Origin: Deltaproteobacteria bacterium
Lineage (GTDB): Bacteria; Myxococcota; Kuafuiibacteriia; Kuafuiibacteriales; Kuafuiibacteriaceae
Direction: 5' to 3'
Assembly: GCA_040218735.1 (NCBI GenBank)
Contig: JAVJQW010000057.1
Location: 448,001 to 512,000, forward strand
Length of the DNA: 64,000 nucleotides
Shown here: one piece after another, positions 52,976 to 62,733 of the stretch
Numbering within the stretch: position 1 is the stretch's first letter
Layout: each line of letters opens with the position of its first letter
The notes under the pieces: model-generated
Seen by the model: only the letters and a program-made list of their open reading frames with translations
Databases searched by the model: none
Told to the model about the DNA's origin: nothing
Program-made: the position numbers and the translations under genes

Positions 52976-53188
52976 TCATTTCCCTCCCCGATACCCGGAG
53001 CCGAAGAAGAACACGCCGCCGCCTCCGCGGCGACCACTACTCGACGACGAACGTCCGCTCGAGAGCGAGGGACGCGAATCGGTACCGCTGAACACGTAAC
53101 CGCCCGTCTCGACGACGAGGTACCCCAAGAGCACCGTCGCGCCGACGACGAGATAGAACTTCGAGAACAATCCACCCAAGAAAGCCAT
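52976..53188 (-). CDS. Small membrane protein with Gly/Ser-rich tail
   Basis: TM helix then SGRSS...GGG.FFFG.GYRGGK; sits between DUF4178 and DUF350. Confidence 0.7.
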   Translation of the reverse strand: MAFLGGLFSKFYLVVGATVLLGYLVVETGGYVFSGTDSRPSLSSGRSSSSSGRRGGGGVFFFGSGYRGGK

Positions 53189-53190
53189 GG

Positions 53191-55134
53191 CTACACCCCC
53201 GTGTGGTCGCTCTCCATCCAGCGACGTTTCTCGAACCCGAAGTAACGAATGCCCTGCAGCAGCGGGAACAGCCACAGGATGAAGAACACGATCATGGCGT
53301 GTGAGCCGATGAAGACGTCGGAGCGCACCGCGAGCGTGAGCGCCGTGGGCTCGCCGCGACCGGTCACCCACTCCGGCTTCACCTCGGCGACGTACGTGCC
53401 GCCCGGGACGCCGCCCACGTAGACCGTTCGCGCATGCCGACCGGACGCGTAGGTTTGGCCGCCGACGTACCCCGAGTAACTCGCGACGTGCACGCCGAAC
53501 GGGATGCGTTTGTTCGACGTCTGCTCGATCAACGTGCCTTCACTGAACACGAAGCCGTTCTTCACGTCCGACGCCATCGTGATCTCGAGCGCGCTCTTGC
53601 CGCTGACCTCGAAGGCCTTGCTCCGCAGCAGCTCGCCCTTTACGCGCCGCGGCTTCTCGTTGCCGCCGCGCGTCTTGGTCGGGAGCTTCCACTGCTCCTG
53701 CAGGACGACCTGGTTGTCGGAGGTCATCGACATCAGCATCGCCAGCAGCAGCAACAGCCCCGAGAAGACGAGGCCGAAGCGGAACGAAGCCTTCAGCGAA
53801 GGCGCCGCGGGGTTCGGTTGGTTCGGCGCGATGCCGGCGGCGCGCGCGAGCGGGCGCTTCAACCCGAACGCCTCCTCGACGACCTTCTTGTCGAGGTACT
53901 CACCAGCGGACCACGTCACCTCTTCGGGCGTGCGCTCCTCCGACAGGATGTGCGGCGGCGCGACGTAGTCACTCGTGCCGACGCGATCCCCGACCTGCAC
54001 CTTCCAGTAGAACTCGCCGCGCAGCGCATCGACGACGGCGGTCGACGAAGAGAAGTGGCGGTACGTGCGATCGTCGAAGCGCGCCTGACGCCCGCGCTCC
54101 TGCACCGCCCCCGCCGACACCGGGCGCACGAAGGTCCAGTGACCGTCGTTGTCGATCAACCAGTAGTAACCGCCGCGCCGGTCCTCGCGGAGCAGGTACT
54201 CCTGCCACGCGTACTTGATCCCGTCGTACGTGACGCTGCGTTCGAGCAGCCCGTAGATCGTGTAGCGCCCGTGCGAGAACTTGCCGGTGCTCCCCAGCGG
54301 GATCTGCGGATCCTGCCCGTGCTGGCGCGCGGCCGACATCAGGTACAGCTCGCTGCCCTTCGAACAGTCGAGGAGCGAGTCACACGAGCCGCACGTCACG
54401 CGCTGGGCTTCGTCGGGCGCGCGCAGCTCGACGGCAGCGCCACAGTTCGGGCAGTTCATCCCGACGCCGGCGGCGGCCTCGGTGGGCTGGTAGTCGCGAA
54501 GGACGCTCTTGTCGAAGACGTCGTCGTACTTCAGCTCGGCGCCGAGGAAGATCGACTCCGCCTCACGCGGCGCGGTGCCGTAGTCGATCGTTCCGAAGGT
54601 CCCGTTGGGCCCTTCGACGTCGCAGTAGAAGAACTGGGCGCCCGGCTCGACCGCGAACGGGAGCTCGCCCTCCGCCGACACGAACTTCGCGCGGCGACGC
54701 TCGACGACGGTCAGCTCGTGTTTGCCGAACTTGAAGTGACTGCCGACGCGCGCCGCGGGGTAGCTCGGCAAGCCGGCTTGCGCCCCGCCGAACGTGAGGT
54801 AGACCTTCCCCTGAGCTTCGGCGAGCCAGCCCCAACGGCCGTCGTCGAAGGCGGCGTACCACTCGTTCCAGGGACCTGCCCCATAGTTCAGCTGAACGCG
54901 CCCGACGAGTGTGAAGCCCTTGCTGTGGTAGCGCCCGGAGGTCCCGAGCGCGAGCGGGGAGCCGATATCCGCCAGCGGGGCGACCTGCCCGAGGATCTCG
55001 AGCTCGGTGATGTCGTCGCCCACGCGAGCGACGGCGCTCGAGCAGTAGCTACAGACGGACAGGAGCGATGCTCCCGCCCGGAACTCGACCTGCCCACCGC
55101 AGTTGGGACAGTTGACGACGCGGGCGGCCTTCAC
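53191..55134 (-). CDS. DUF4178 protein with two Zn-ribbons
   Basis: Two CPNCG...C..C ribbons; W.EW, GELP, GEFYW, E..RW.ESD. Confidence 0.85.
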   Translation of the reverse strand: MKAARVVNCPNCGGQVEFRAGASLLSVCSYCSSAVARVGDDITELEILGQVAPLADIGSPLALGTSGRYHSKGFTLVGRVQLNYGAGPWNEWYAAFDDGRWGWLAEAQGKVYLTFGGAQAGLPSYPAARVGSHFKFGKHELTVVERRRAKFVSAEGELPFAVEPGAQFFYCDVEGPNGTFGTIDYGTAPREAESIFLGAELKYDDVFDKSVLRDYQPTEAAAGVGMNCPNCGAAVELRAPDEAQRVTCGSCDSLLDCSKGSELYLMSAARQHGQDPQIPLGSTGKFSHGRYTIYGLLERSVTYDGIKYAWQEYLLREDRRGGYYWLIDNDGHWTFVRPVSAGAVQERGRQARFDDRTYRHFSSSTAVVDALRGEFYWKVQVGDRVGTSDYVAPPHILSEERTPEEVTWSAGEYLDKKVVEEAFGLKRPLARAAGIAPNQPNPAAPSLKASFRFGLVFSGLLLLLAMLMSMTSDNQVVLQEQWKLPTKTRGGNEKPRRVKGELLRSKAFEVSGKSALEITMASDVKNGFVFSEGTLIEQTSNKRIPFGVHVASYSGYVGGQTYASGRHARTVYVGGVPGGTYVAEVKPEWVTGRGEPTALTLAVRSDVFIGSHAMIVFFILWLFPLLQGIRYFGFEKRRWMESDHTGV

Positions 55135-55194
55135 GCCGGTTTCGGGTTACCACCCGCCTGCTTTCGCGGCAACCGATGTATCCTCTCGGCAGCG

Positions 55195-57672
55195 ATGGGG
55201 GAGCCGGTCTTCGCCGGGGCGAGTCGAGTCGAACGCGTCACGGTGTTCTCCGAACATGCGCACGTCACGCGGATCGTCGAGATCGACGTTCCGGCGGGAG
55301 AGACGACGTACGCGCTCGACGATCTCCCGACGTCGGTCGATCCCGCGACGCTGCGGGTCACGACGTCCGGCGGAGAGATCGTACGCGTCGAGCTGGGGCT
55401 CCTCCCCGATACACACCCCGAGGGCGCCGACTCCACCGCCGATCTCGACGTCGCGATCGAGCGGCTGACCGCGCGCCTCTACGATCTCACCGGGCGCGCC
55501 GAAGGGCTCGCCGCCGAGCTCGAGCTGATCGACGCCGTCGTCCCCGACAAAGCGCGCGCGCCTCAGGGCGCGCTCGCGCCGGAGCGGTTCCTGGAGGGGC
55601 TCGATGCGCTCGTCGAGCGCCGCCGCGAGACGCTCTACCAGCTCCGTATGGCCGACTACGAGCGGCAGCTCACGGCGGACGAGCTCGACCAGCGCAAGAG
55701 TCAGCGCCGCGACCGCGACAACCCTTCGGCCACGCTCCGCGAGCGCACGCGAACGATGGTCACGGTGCGAAGCGATGAAGCCGTCACGGCTACGCTCGAG
55801 CTGACCTACGCGATGGGGTGGGCGACGTGGCGTCCGTTCTACGATCTCCGTCTCACACGCGGGCTCCCGACCATCGAGGTCACGCGCTACGCGGAGATCT
55901 GGCAGGAGACCGGGGAGGACTGGACCGACACCGCCGTCCGTACGTCGACGGCCGTCCTCGAAGAGGGCCTCGCGATTCAGCGCGTGCGTCCGTGGGTCCT
56001 CGAACATCCGACGCCGTCGTCCGGGAAGAACAGACCCCTCCCGAGGAACGCTTCGGTCTTGGAGCCCGCGCTCCTACCGCCACCGATGCCGCAGTCGAGC
56101 CCCGGTTCGAACCCCGGACGGAGTCGGTCGTCGCCGGACTTCCTCGACCACGAAGCGGCGACCGGCGACCTCTCGATCTCCGCGGAGACGCTCGCGCAGT
56201 CGCCGTTCGCTCAGCCGTTGCTCGGGCCCGGCTCGGATCCGACGAGCCACCCGCGCCACGGGAGCAACCCGCGCCCGGACTCGGGGCCCCGCGCACGGCA
56301 GTTCCGTGAGGAGGGGATCTTCTCCGAGATCACCGCGGTGTCCGCACAGGCGGAGACGGGGCCGACGGCGACGCAGCTCGTCGAAGCGCAGCGCACGGGC
56401 CGCCCGTCGCCGCGCGAGGGGACGACGAACATCGGCGTGGTGCAGACACCTTCGCCGGATCATCCGGACTGGGACCGCTTCGAGGCGGAGGCTCCGCCGC
56501 GCGAGAGCAGCGGGGGATTCGACTTCGAGCTGACGGCGAACGAGCGCGCGTCCTTGCCTTCGGGCCACGAGCAGCACCGTCTGTTGTTGGGGCGCGCGAA
56601 CCTTCCGTGTGAAGTGCGGTACCTGCTCCGGCCCGCGATCACCGGGCACGCGTTTGCGCGGCTGACGATCACCAACTCGTCGCGGGTGCCCCTCCTCCCC
56701 GGGAACGCGGCGGTGTTCGACAACGATCGTTACTCCGGCGCGGTGACGCTCGACGCGGCGCCGCCGAAGGCGCGGGTGTCGCTCGACCTCGGCGCGCAGC
56801 CACGCGTGGTCGCGCGCCGAAAGAGCCGAACGTCGATGCGGACGGAAGGGCTCATCACGCGCGAGGACGAGAACGCGAACGAAGTGCTGCTCGACACCGA
56901 CTTCCGCCTCTTCTACTGGCTGCTCAACGGCCATGTCGTCGGCGCGCCCGAGCAGCCTCCGCCGCCCGACCCGGCCGCCGTGAAGATGGTCCGTGCCTTC
57001 GTCCAGGCCGGTGCCGATCTTCGCTACAGTCGTGCGGGTCTGATCTCTGGCGATCTCGCGCGCCAGTCGGGGAGCGAAGCCGTCCAGCGAACGCTCGCCG
57101 AGTGCGACGCGTACGTGACGCGGCACTACAAGAGCAGCAGCCGAGACAAGCAGTGGAAATACGTGAAGAGACCACCGAACGTGAAGTCGGTGCTCACCAA
57201 GGAGCTCGCTGGCGATGCACTCGCCAAGAAGACGGTCGCGCTGGTCATGGTGTCGGCGACGGCGACGCTGAAGAGCAAGAGGAACGCCTACCGACCGGAG
57301 AACGCGGCGGACGCCAATCCGAATACCGCTTGGGTGGAGGGCAGCCCTTGGCACGGGCGATGCGAGGGTATCGACCTTCGCGTCGACCAGGCCGCCAAGG
57401 CGGCGAAGCTCATGATCCTGAATGGCTACACGAAGTCCGAGAAGACGTGGAAAGAGAACTCGCGCATCAAGCGCGCGAAGGTCTTCGTGAACGGCGATGT
57501 CGTGGCGTCGGTCGAACTGTTGGACACCCTGGAGCCGCAGACCTTCGCGCTCGGTCGTGATCTCTCGGCCAAGGACGTCATCAAATTTCGGATCGTCGAG
57601 GTCTTCCCGGGGAGCAAGTACAAGGACACGGCGATCAGCGAGCTGCGCCTCGTCGCGAGCGAAGCGGGGTAG
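55195..57672 (+). CDS. DUF4140/DUF4139 (MuiA-like) protein fused to a C-terminal NADase-type glycan-binding (discoidin-like) domain
   Basis: RVTVF...A.VTR, W.PFYD.R, Q.TGEDW, PLLPG; C-terminus Y.PENA.D....TAWVEG, NGY.KS...W..NSR.K, G.KY.DT.ISE. Confidence 0.75.
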   Translation: MGEPVFAGASRVERVTVFSEHAHVTRIVEIDVPAGETTYALDDLPTSVDPATLRVTTSGGEIVRVELGLLPDTHPEGADSTADLDVAIERLTARLYDLTGRAEGLAAELELIDAVVPDKARAPQGALAPERFLEGLDALVERRRETLYQLRMADYERQLTADELDQRKSQRRDRDNPSATLRERTRTMVTVRSDEAVTATLELTYAMGWATWRPFYDLRLTRGLPTIEVTRYAEIWQETGEDWTDTAVRTSTAVLEEGLAIQRVRPWVLEHPTPSSGKNRPLPRNASVLEPALLPPPMPQSSPGSNPGRSRSSPDFLDHEAATGDLSISAETLAQSPFAQPLLGPGSDPTSHPRHGSNPRPDSGPRARQFREEGIFSEITAVSAQAETGPTATQLVEAQRTGRPSPREGTTNIGVVQTPSPDHPDWDRFEAEAPPRESSGGFDFELTANERASLPSGHEQHRLLLGRANLPCEVRYLLRPAITGHAFARLTITNSSRVPLLPGNAAVFDNDRYSGAVTLDAAPPKARVSLDLGAQPRVVARRKSRTSMRTEGLITREDENANEVLLDTDFRLFYWLLNGHVVGAPEQPPPPDPAAVKMVRAFVQAGADLRYSRAGLISGDLARQSGSEAVQRTLAECDAYVTRHYKSSSRDKQWKYVKRPPNVKSVLTKELAGDALAKKTVALVMVSATATLKSKRNAYRPENAADANPNTAWVEGSPWHGRCEGIDLRVDQAAKAAKLMILNGYTKSEKTWKENSRIKRAKVFVNGDVVASVELLDTLEPQTFALGRDLSAKDVIKFRIVEVFPGSKYKDTAISELRLVASEAG

Positions 57673-57764
57673 AATTCGTCCCTGTTCGGGCGGCGGGAGC
57701 ACGAACACCTGCGGACGGTACCGCCCGTGTCGAGCCACGCCGCGTCGACATCGGCCGTGACGCC

Positions 57765-57860
57765 GGTCCGACGGCGCCGAGCGTACTCGCGTTGTTGACC
57801 AGGACGTCGATCGCGCCGAACGCGTCGGCGGCCTCGGCGGCGATCCGGGCGGGGGCCCTC
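57765..57860 (-). pseudogene. Short-chain dehydrogenase gene fragment
   Basis: Isolated in-frame RIAAEAADAFGAIDVLVNNASTLG with no flanking SDR sequence. Confidence 0.55.
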
Positions 57861-58026
57861 GCGCGCGTTCGGCGGCGCGGCGTGCTCATGCATTGGAATC
57901 TGGTTGTCGAACGAGCACGGCGTTTCCTGTGTGCCGGTAAGGTTCGCGCACCCTCGAAACGAATACCGATACGAGGCCTCGGTCGTTCCGGGCCGCTCGT
58001 ACAACTCATTTTCAGGGGAGAGATCG

Positions 58027-58506
58027 ATGTCGAATTCAACGAAGCGCGGCGGGCTGTGGTCCGTCGCTGTCCTGGGGTTCATCGCGGCGTGTGGATCGGT
58101 CGACGAGCGGCCGGCGTCGGAGGAGGCGCCCCAGACCGCGACGACGGAGCAGGGCATCCTCGGCTCCAACCTCTGCAAGGACGTCGACCTCATCTTCACC
58201 AACTCGCGCGAGCGGGCGAGCGGCAACGTCGCCATTCGCGTCCGTCGCGTGAAGTTCTCCGAGAACGCGAACGGCCCGTGGCGCTCCGAGGACTTCAGTA
58301 ACCGGGTCGTCGGTTACGGCGACACGGTGACGGTCGACAACCAAGACCTCGAGAACTCGTACAACGATGATCTCGAGCACTGGCGCATCTACTACAACGT
58401 CCTGCAGCCCAACGGGACTTGGGGCTCCGAGGTGTATCAGCAGGTCACGCACTTCGGCGACTCCACCTGCCGGAACTACCGAGGTTACTCGCTCGTCGTG
58501 AACTAA
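58027..58506 (+). CDS. Orphan lipoprotein
   Basis: RBS ggggag; lipobox IAAC; beta-rich mature domain with two Cys; converges on the anti-sigma-like gene. Confidence 0.75.
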   Translation: MSNSTKRGGLWSVAVLGFIAACGSVDERPASEEAPQTATTEQGILGSNLCKDVDLIFTNSRERASGNVAIRVRRVKFSENANGPWRSEDFSNRVVGYGDTVTVDNQDLENSYNDDLEHWRIYYNVLQPNGTWGSEVYQQVTHFGDSTCRNYRGYSLVVN

Positions 58507-58510
58507 CGAC

Positions 58511-59227
58511 TCAGGGTCGCAGCCGAAGCGTGAAGGAACGCGCTTGCCAGCCGTCGCCGGTCTCCTCGCCCAGCACCGCTTGCGGCCTGGGCGCGGCGCC
58601 GGGGCGGGAGACGACGGCGACGAGGCGGACCTCGCCCGTTTGGCCGCGGGCGAGCACACCGGCTTCGCCGACCCACCGAGCCGTGCCCCGCGGCGACACC
58701 TCCGCAACGACCGAGGACGAGACCGGCGCGCCGTCGACGACGACGAACAGCGACGCCCCGACCGGGCCGGACACCTCGACCATCGGTCGCATGACGATCG
58801 CGATCTCGGTGGGGCCGTCGAGGATCGTGGGAGTCGCCGCGCCGCGCCAGTCCTCGGCGGTCGGCTCATACTCCACCCGGTAGGCCGGCAGCGCGTCGCC
58901 GTCGGGAGGGACCATGAGGAGCAGCACGGCGGCCGCCGCGGCGACGGCGGCGACACCGATCGGCCACGTTCGCGCGCGGCGCAGCGGGCTCGCGGCGTCC
59001 AGCGCGACGCCGACGAGTTTGTCCTCGAAGTCCTTCGAGAGGGGCTCGCACATCTCGAGCGCCGTCCGCAGCGCCGAGTCGTGCACGGCATCTTCGCGCA
59101 GCCGCGCCTCCTCGTCCGCGCTCAGCGTTCCGTGGGCGAGGCGCTCGATCCGTGGATCGAGGTCCGCGTCGAGCGCGCTCATCGCCTGCCCGATCGCGCG
59201 GAGGCCGTCGTCGACGCGGTCAGACAC
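58511..59227 (-). CDS. Putative transmembrane anti-sigma factor
   Basis: Overlaps the sigma stop; N-terminal LA.G.LS..E..RL segment, single TM (AAVAAAAAVLLL), extracytoplasmic beta domain. Confidence 0.7.
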   Translation of the reverse strand: MSDRVDDGLRAIGQAMSALDADLDPRIERLAHGTLSADEEARLREDAVHDSALRTALEMCEPLSKDFEDKLVGVALDAASPLRRARTWPIGVAAVAAAAAVLLLMVPPDGDALPAYRVEYEPTAEDWRGAATPTILDGPTEIAIVMRPMVEVSGPVGASLFVVVDGAPVSSSVVAEVSPRGTARWVGEAGVLARGQTGEVRLVAVVSRPGAAPRPQAVLGEETGDGWQARSFTLRLRP

Positions 59228-59876
59228 GGCCAGGTCCTTCGGCTGCGAGCTCCGCCTCGAGCTCGCGGACCAGCTTCAGGAGTCGATTGCGCCAGGAGTA
59301 CAGGGCGGTCGGTGTCGTCCCCTCCTCCTCGGCGACGAGCTGAATCGGCTGCTCGTCGATGTACAGGCGTTGGAAGTACACACGGCCCCGCGGGCTGAGG
59401 CGTTCTTTCAGGCGCTCGGCGATGAGGGCGAGCAGCTCGCGCGACGCCACGTAGTCCTCGTGGCTGGCCGCCGTGCCGCGCATCTCGTCTAGGCGCTCGT
59501 CGAGCGTCGGGTCCTCGGTCCAGGGGTTGCGCTTGCCGGTCCGCATGATCATGCCGACCTCGCGATCGGCGAGGAGGCCGACGAAGCTCGTGAACGACAG
59601 GCCGCGGCGCTCGTCCCACGCGCGGAGCGCCTTCCCCCGCCGCGAGAACAGCGCGGCAAAGACCTCCTGCACCATGTCTTCGACATCATGGCGCAGGTTG
59701 CGACCGCGTGCCTGCGCCGCGTGGCGCATCAGCGCTCGCGAGACCCGAACCTGAATGGTCGGGGCGATCCGGGCGACGACGGTGCGCATCGCGTCGGCGT
59801 CGCCGTCCAACGCCGATACGAGCCGCGCGCGCAGCTCCTGTGGACCGAGCCGGTCGAGGTCGATACCCGGGGTCAC
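59220..59876 (-). CDS. ECF-type RNA polymerase sigma factor
   Basis: VEDMVQEVF..LF, LR.WD..RG.S, LSPR.R..F..LY, ALYSWRNRL; start placed at GTG 59876. Confidence 0.82.
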   Translation of the reverse strand: MTPGIDLDRLGPQELRARLVSALDGDADAMRTVVARIAPTIQVRVSRALMRHAAQARGRNLRHDVEDMVQEVFAALFSRRGKALRAWDERRGLSFTSFVGLLADREVGMIMRTGKRNPWTEDPTLDERLDEMRGTAASHEDYVASRELLALIAERLKERLSPRGRVYFQRLYIDEQPIQLVAEEEGTTPTALYSWRNRLLKLVRELEAELAAEGPGRV

Positions 59877-59979
59877 GACGTCGTTCCTCGAGACTCCGTA
59901 ACGTATCAACAACCGCCCGTCGCGGCGTCCCCTGTGCAATCCCTCCCGAGCTTTCAGTTCTGTTCGCCAGACGATCAGC

Positions 59980-62733
59980 TCATCGCACGACGACGCGGAA
60001 GCTGGCCCAGTCGACCTCGGGACGGTCGACGGACAGCCGGCTCTGCGCCTCGGCGAGCAGCGTGGGGCCATCCCAGACGCCGCGGCGCCGCTGCGCGGCG
60101 TACAGGGCCGTCACGACCACCCGAGCGTCGACGTCGCGCACCGGGCGGACGGACGCGATCACCCAGCGCGCACCCGCCATCAGGAAGGCCTGCGCCAGGC
60201 CGAGGCCGGACACATCCTTGGCCGCGGAAGTCGCCGCCGTCTCGCAGCCCGATAACACCACGTGGTCCGGCACCGACGACAGCGCGAGGATCTCGGCGAC
60301 GCCGAGCAGCTCGACGGACGGGTCGCCGAGATGGCTCTCCCAGCCGTCGAGCCCGGCGTAGTGGGCATGCCCCGCGTAGTGCAGCAGCCGAGCGCGGGGC
60401 GATCGCGTCGCCGCTGCGACGGCGCTGCGCGTGGCTTCCGCACCCGAGAGTCGCCGGACGGACCAACCGCCGTCACTCAACGTGCGCTCGACGTGGGCTG
60501 CCTCCTTCGTCGACGTCCGCAGCTTGACGAACGGATCGATGACGATCGCCTCGGCGCCGCGCGGTGTGTCGGAGGACGTTGGCGACTCGACGTCGGCCGG
60601 GTAGGCGACCGGGCGGGAGGCGACCAAAGGCCGCCCGCGCCACGGCAGCGCGTGGAAGTCGACGCGGTTCAGGACGCCGTTCGGGAGCACGTGAACCCTC
60701 GCGTGCCCGTCGAGCACCGCGTCGAAGGGATCGAGGAGCTGGTGAGCCAGCGCGTCCGCCGTCGAACGTTCGACGTCGATCGGTCCGAGGTGACGCGCGA
60801 TCGATCCGGCCGCGGTCGACGCGAACCCCACCCACCCCTGCTCGACGCGGTGGTAGGTCAGCAGGACCACCCCGCGCGGCGGCGGCTCGAGATCTCGATC
60901 GGCGGGCAAGGAGGCGCCGAGCGCGGTGAGCGCATCGTCGATCTGCACGCGCGTCGCCGCCGACCGCCCCTCGCGGCGTTGGATGCGGCGCCGGATGTCG
61001 TCGACCGGGAGGTCCCAACCGCGATCGTCGGGTCCGTCGTCGACGTGGATGCGACGGTGCTCGGACAGCGCTTCGTACCAGAGTTGACGCGCCTCTTCGG
61101 GCGCGCCGTCGAGGCGCGCCCTCGCGTTCAGCCCGAGCAGCACACGCCTTCGACTGCGTCGCGCCGTGTCCGCGGCGGCCGCGATCTCGTCCTTCTGGAT
61201 CAGCAGCTCGATCAACCGCTGGCTGCCGTCCGCGTGCCGGCCGACGAACCCCTCTCGACCACCACCGAGCGGTGCGCGCAGGCTGAGGCGATCGAGGACA
61301 CGCTCGCCTTCGCGATAGACCGCGATGGCTTCCTCGATGCGACCCTGTCCTTCGAGGGCACGGCCTCGCCCGACGAGACCGCGGAGGCGGGTCGTCGCAT
61401 CGCCGTACCATCGGCCCAGCAGCTCGAGCCGCGCGTACGCGTGCTCGGCCTGTTCATGGTTCGCCTGGGCGAGGGAAAGATCCGCCTGCAAGATCGATTG
61501 CAGCTTTCGTAGCGGAATCGCGGGCTCGGCGAAGGCCGCGCGCGAACGAACGAGGAGATCGCTCGCCGCCTCCAGATCTCCCGCGAGCAGCTCGACGTAT
61601 CCGAGCCGCGCGAGGGCGTTCGAACGATGCCGTGGGTTGTCGCAGCGCTCCTCGTACAGCTCGAGGGCCGCGCGCAACGACGCACGTGCCGGCTCGAGCG
61701 TTTGGGTATCGGACAGCCCGGTGGCCAGCCGGCCCAGGATCACCAGCGCCAGCGCACGCCGGCACGTCGGCTGCGTCGGGGTCTCCTCGGCGAGGCGCGC
61801 GTACAGATCCGCTGCCTCTTCGAACCGCCCGAGGTCGATGAAGGTCTCGACCTGGAGTTCCGCGGCCGCTCGCCAGACCGCTTCGTCACCCATGCGTTCG
61901 GCGTGTTCGAGTGCACGCGCGCCGTAGCGCAGCGCGCGCCGATAGTCGCTGACGCCGACGGCGGCGTAGGCCCGATAGTAGGCGGCGTCCTCGGCGGCCG
62001 CCGGATAGACGGACGCGCGCGCGTCGACCTCCGCGAGCGTCATACAAACGCGTGCGTAGTCGCCGCGGTTCCTCAGGATGTACGCCAGAGCGAAGCGGTC
62101 GTGCATCTCGCCCGATACGGATCCCGCGGCCCGGTGTTGGTCGATGCTCCGGGTCAGCCGAACGACCGCCTCGGCGTGGTCACCGCGATCACGTGCCATT
62201 CGTCCGAGGAGCGCATGGGCCTGCGCACGAACGCCTTCGTCAGGATCCTCGGTGAGCGGCAGGAGGATCGCGGCGGCCGCGGCCCGCTCGCCATCGCTCC
62301 TCAGTCTTCGCGCGGCTTCGAGCGCGGGATGGACCTCGTGCCGCTCGAGCCGGAGCGTCCAGCGTTCGGACGAGCCCTGCGGTCCGATGGCCAACGTCGC
62401 CGGGAGGTCCGACGGAGCAACGGGGAGGGACAGCCGAAGGCCACCGGCGGCGGGCGTCGTGTGAAGATCGCGCGGGCGCCCGTCCAGGCTGACGGGCGGA
62501 GCCACCGCGCCGCCGAGCCAGATGGTGAGCGTCGCACCTGCGGTCAGGAGGCAGCGACCCTCGACCGTGACTTGGTCGCAGCCCTTGAACAACACGCCCG
62601 GCCCGCCGGTCGACGACGCCACGACGCCCGCCGTCACGTCGGTCGCGCCCGTCAGCCGCTCGTGAGCGAGCCACCCACCGACGAGGCAGAACGCGGCGGC
62701 GACGAGACCCCTCAGAGGCCCTCTGGGAAGCAC
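59980..62733 (-). CDS. TPR + CHAT (caspase-like) protease with N-terminal signal/TM
   Basis: L.P.G.L..VDFHAL, LLHYAGHA (His), VVLSGCET (Cys), GLAQAFL.AGA.WVIAS, WA.F. Confidence 0.88.
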   Translation of the reverse strand: MLPRGPLRGLVAAAFCLVGGWLAHERLTGATDVTAGVVASSTGGPGVLFKGCDQVTVEGRCLLTAGATLTIWLGGAVAPPVSLDGRPRDLHTTPAAGGLRLSLPVAPSDLPATLAIGPQGSSERWTLRLERHEVHPALEAARRLRSDGERAAAAAILLPLTEDPDEGVRAQAHALLGRMARDRGDHAEAVVRLTRSIDQHRAAGSVSGEMHDRFALAYILRNRGDYARVCMTLAEVDARASVYPAAAEDAAYYRAYAAVGVSDYRRALRYGARALEHAERMGDEAVWRAAAELQVETFIDLGRFEEAADLYARLAEETPTQPTCRRALALVILGRLATGLSDTQTLEPARASLRAALELYEERCDNPRHRSNALARLGYVELLAGDLEAASDLLVRSRAAFAEPAIPLRKLQSILQADLSLAQANHEQAEHAYARLELLGRWYGDATTRLRGLVGRGRALEGQGRIEEAIAVYREGERVLDRLSLRAPLGGGREGFVGRHADGSQRLIELLIQKDEIAAAADTARRSRRRVLLGLNARARLDGAPEEARQLWYEALSEHRRIHVDDGPDDRGWDLPVDDIRRRIQRREGRSAATRVQIDDALTALGASLPADRDLEPPPRGVVLLTYHRVEQGWVGFASTAAGSIARHLGPIDVERSTADALAHQLLDPFDAVLDGHARVHVLPNGVLNRVDFHALPWRGRPLVASRPVAYPADVESPTSSDTPRGAEAIVIDPFVKLRTSTKEAAHVERTLSDGGWSVRRLSGAEATRSAVAAATRSPRARLLHYAGHAHYAGLDGWESHLGDPSVELLGVAEILALSSVPDHVVLSGCETAATSAAKDVSGLGLAQAFLMAGARWVIASVRPVRDVDARVVVTALYAAQRRRGVWDGPTLLAEAQSRLSVDRPEVDWASFRVVVR

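Noticed and set aside
53434-55194. N-terminal 587 aa of the 1412-aa ORF
   Set aside because: Antisense to the DUF4178 gene; the real protein starts at ATG 55195.
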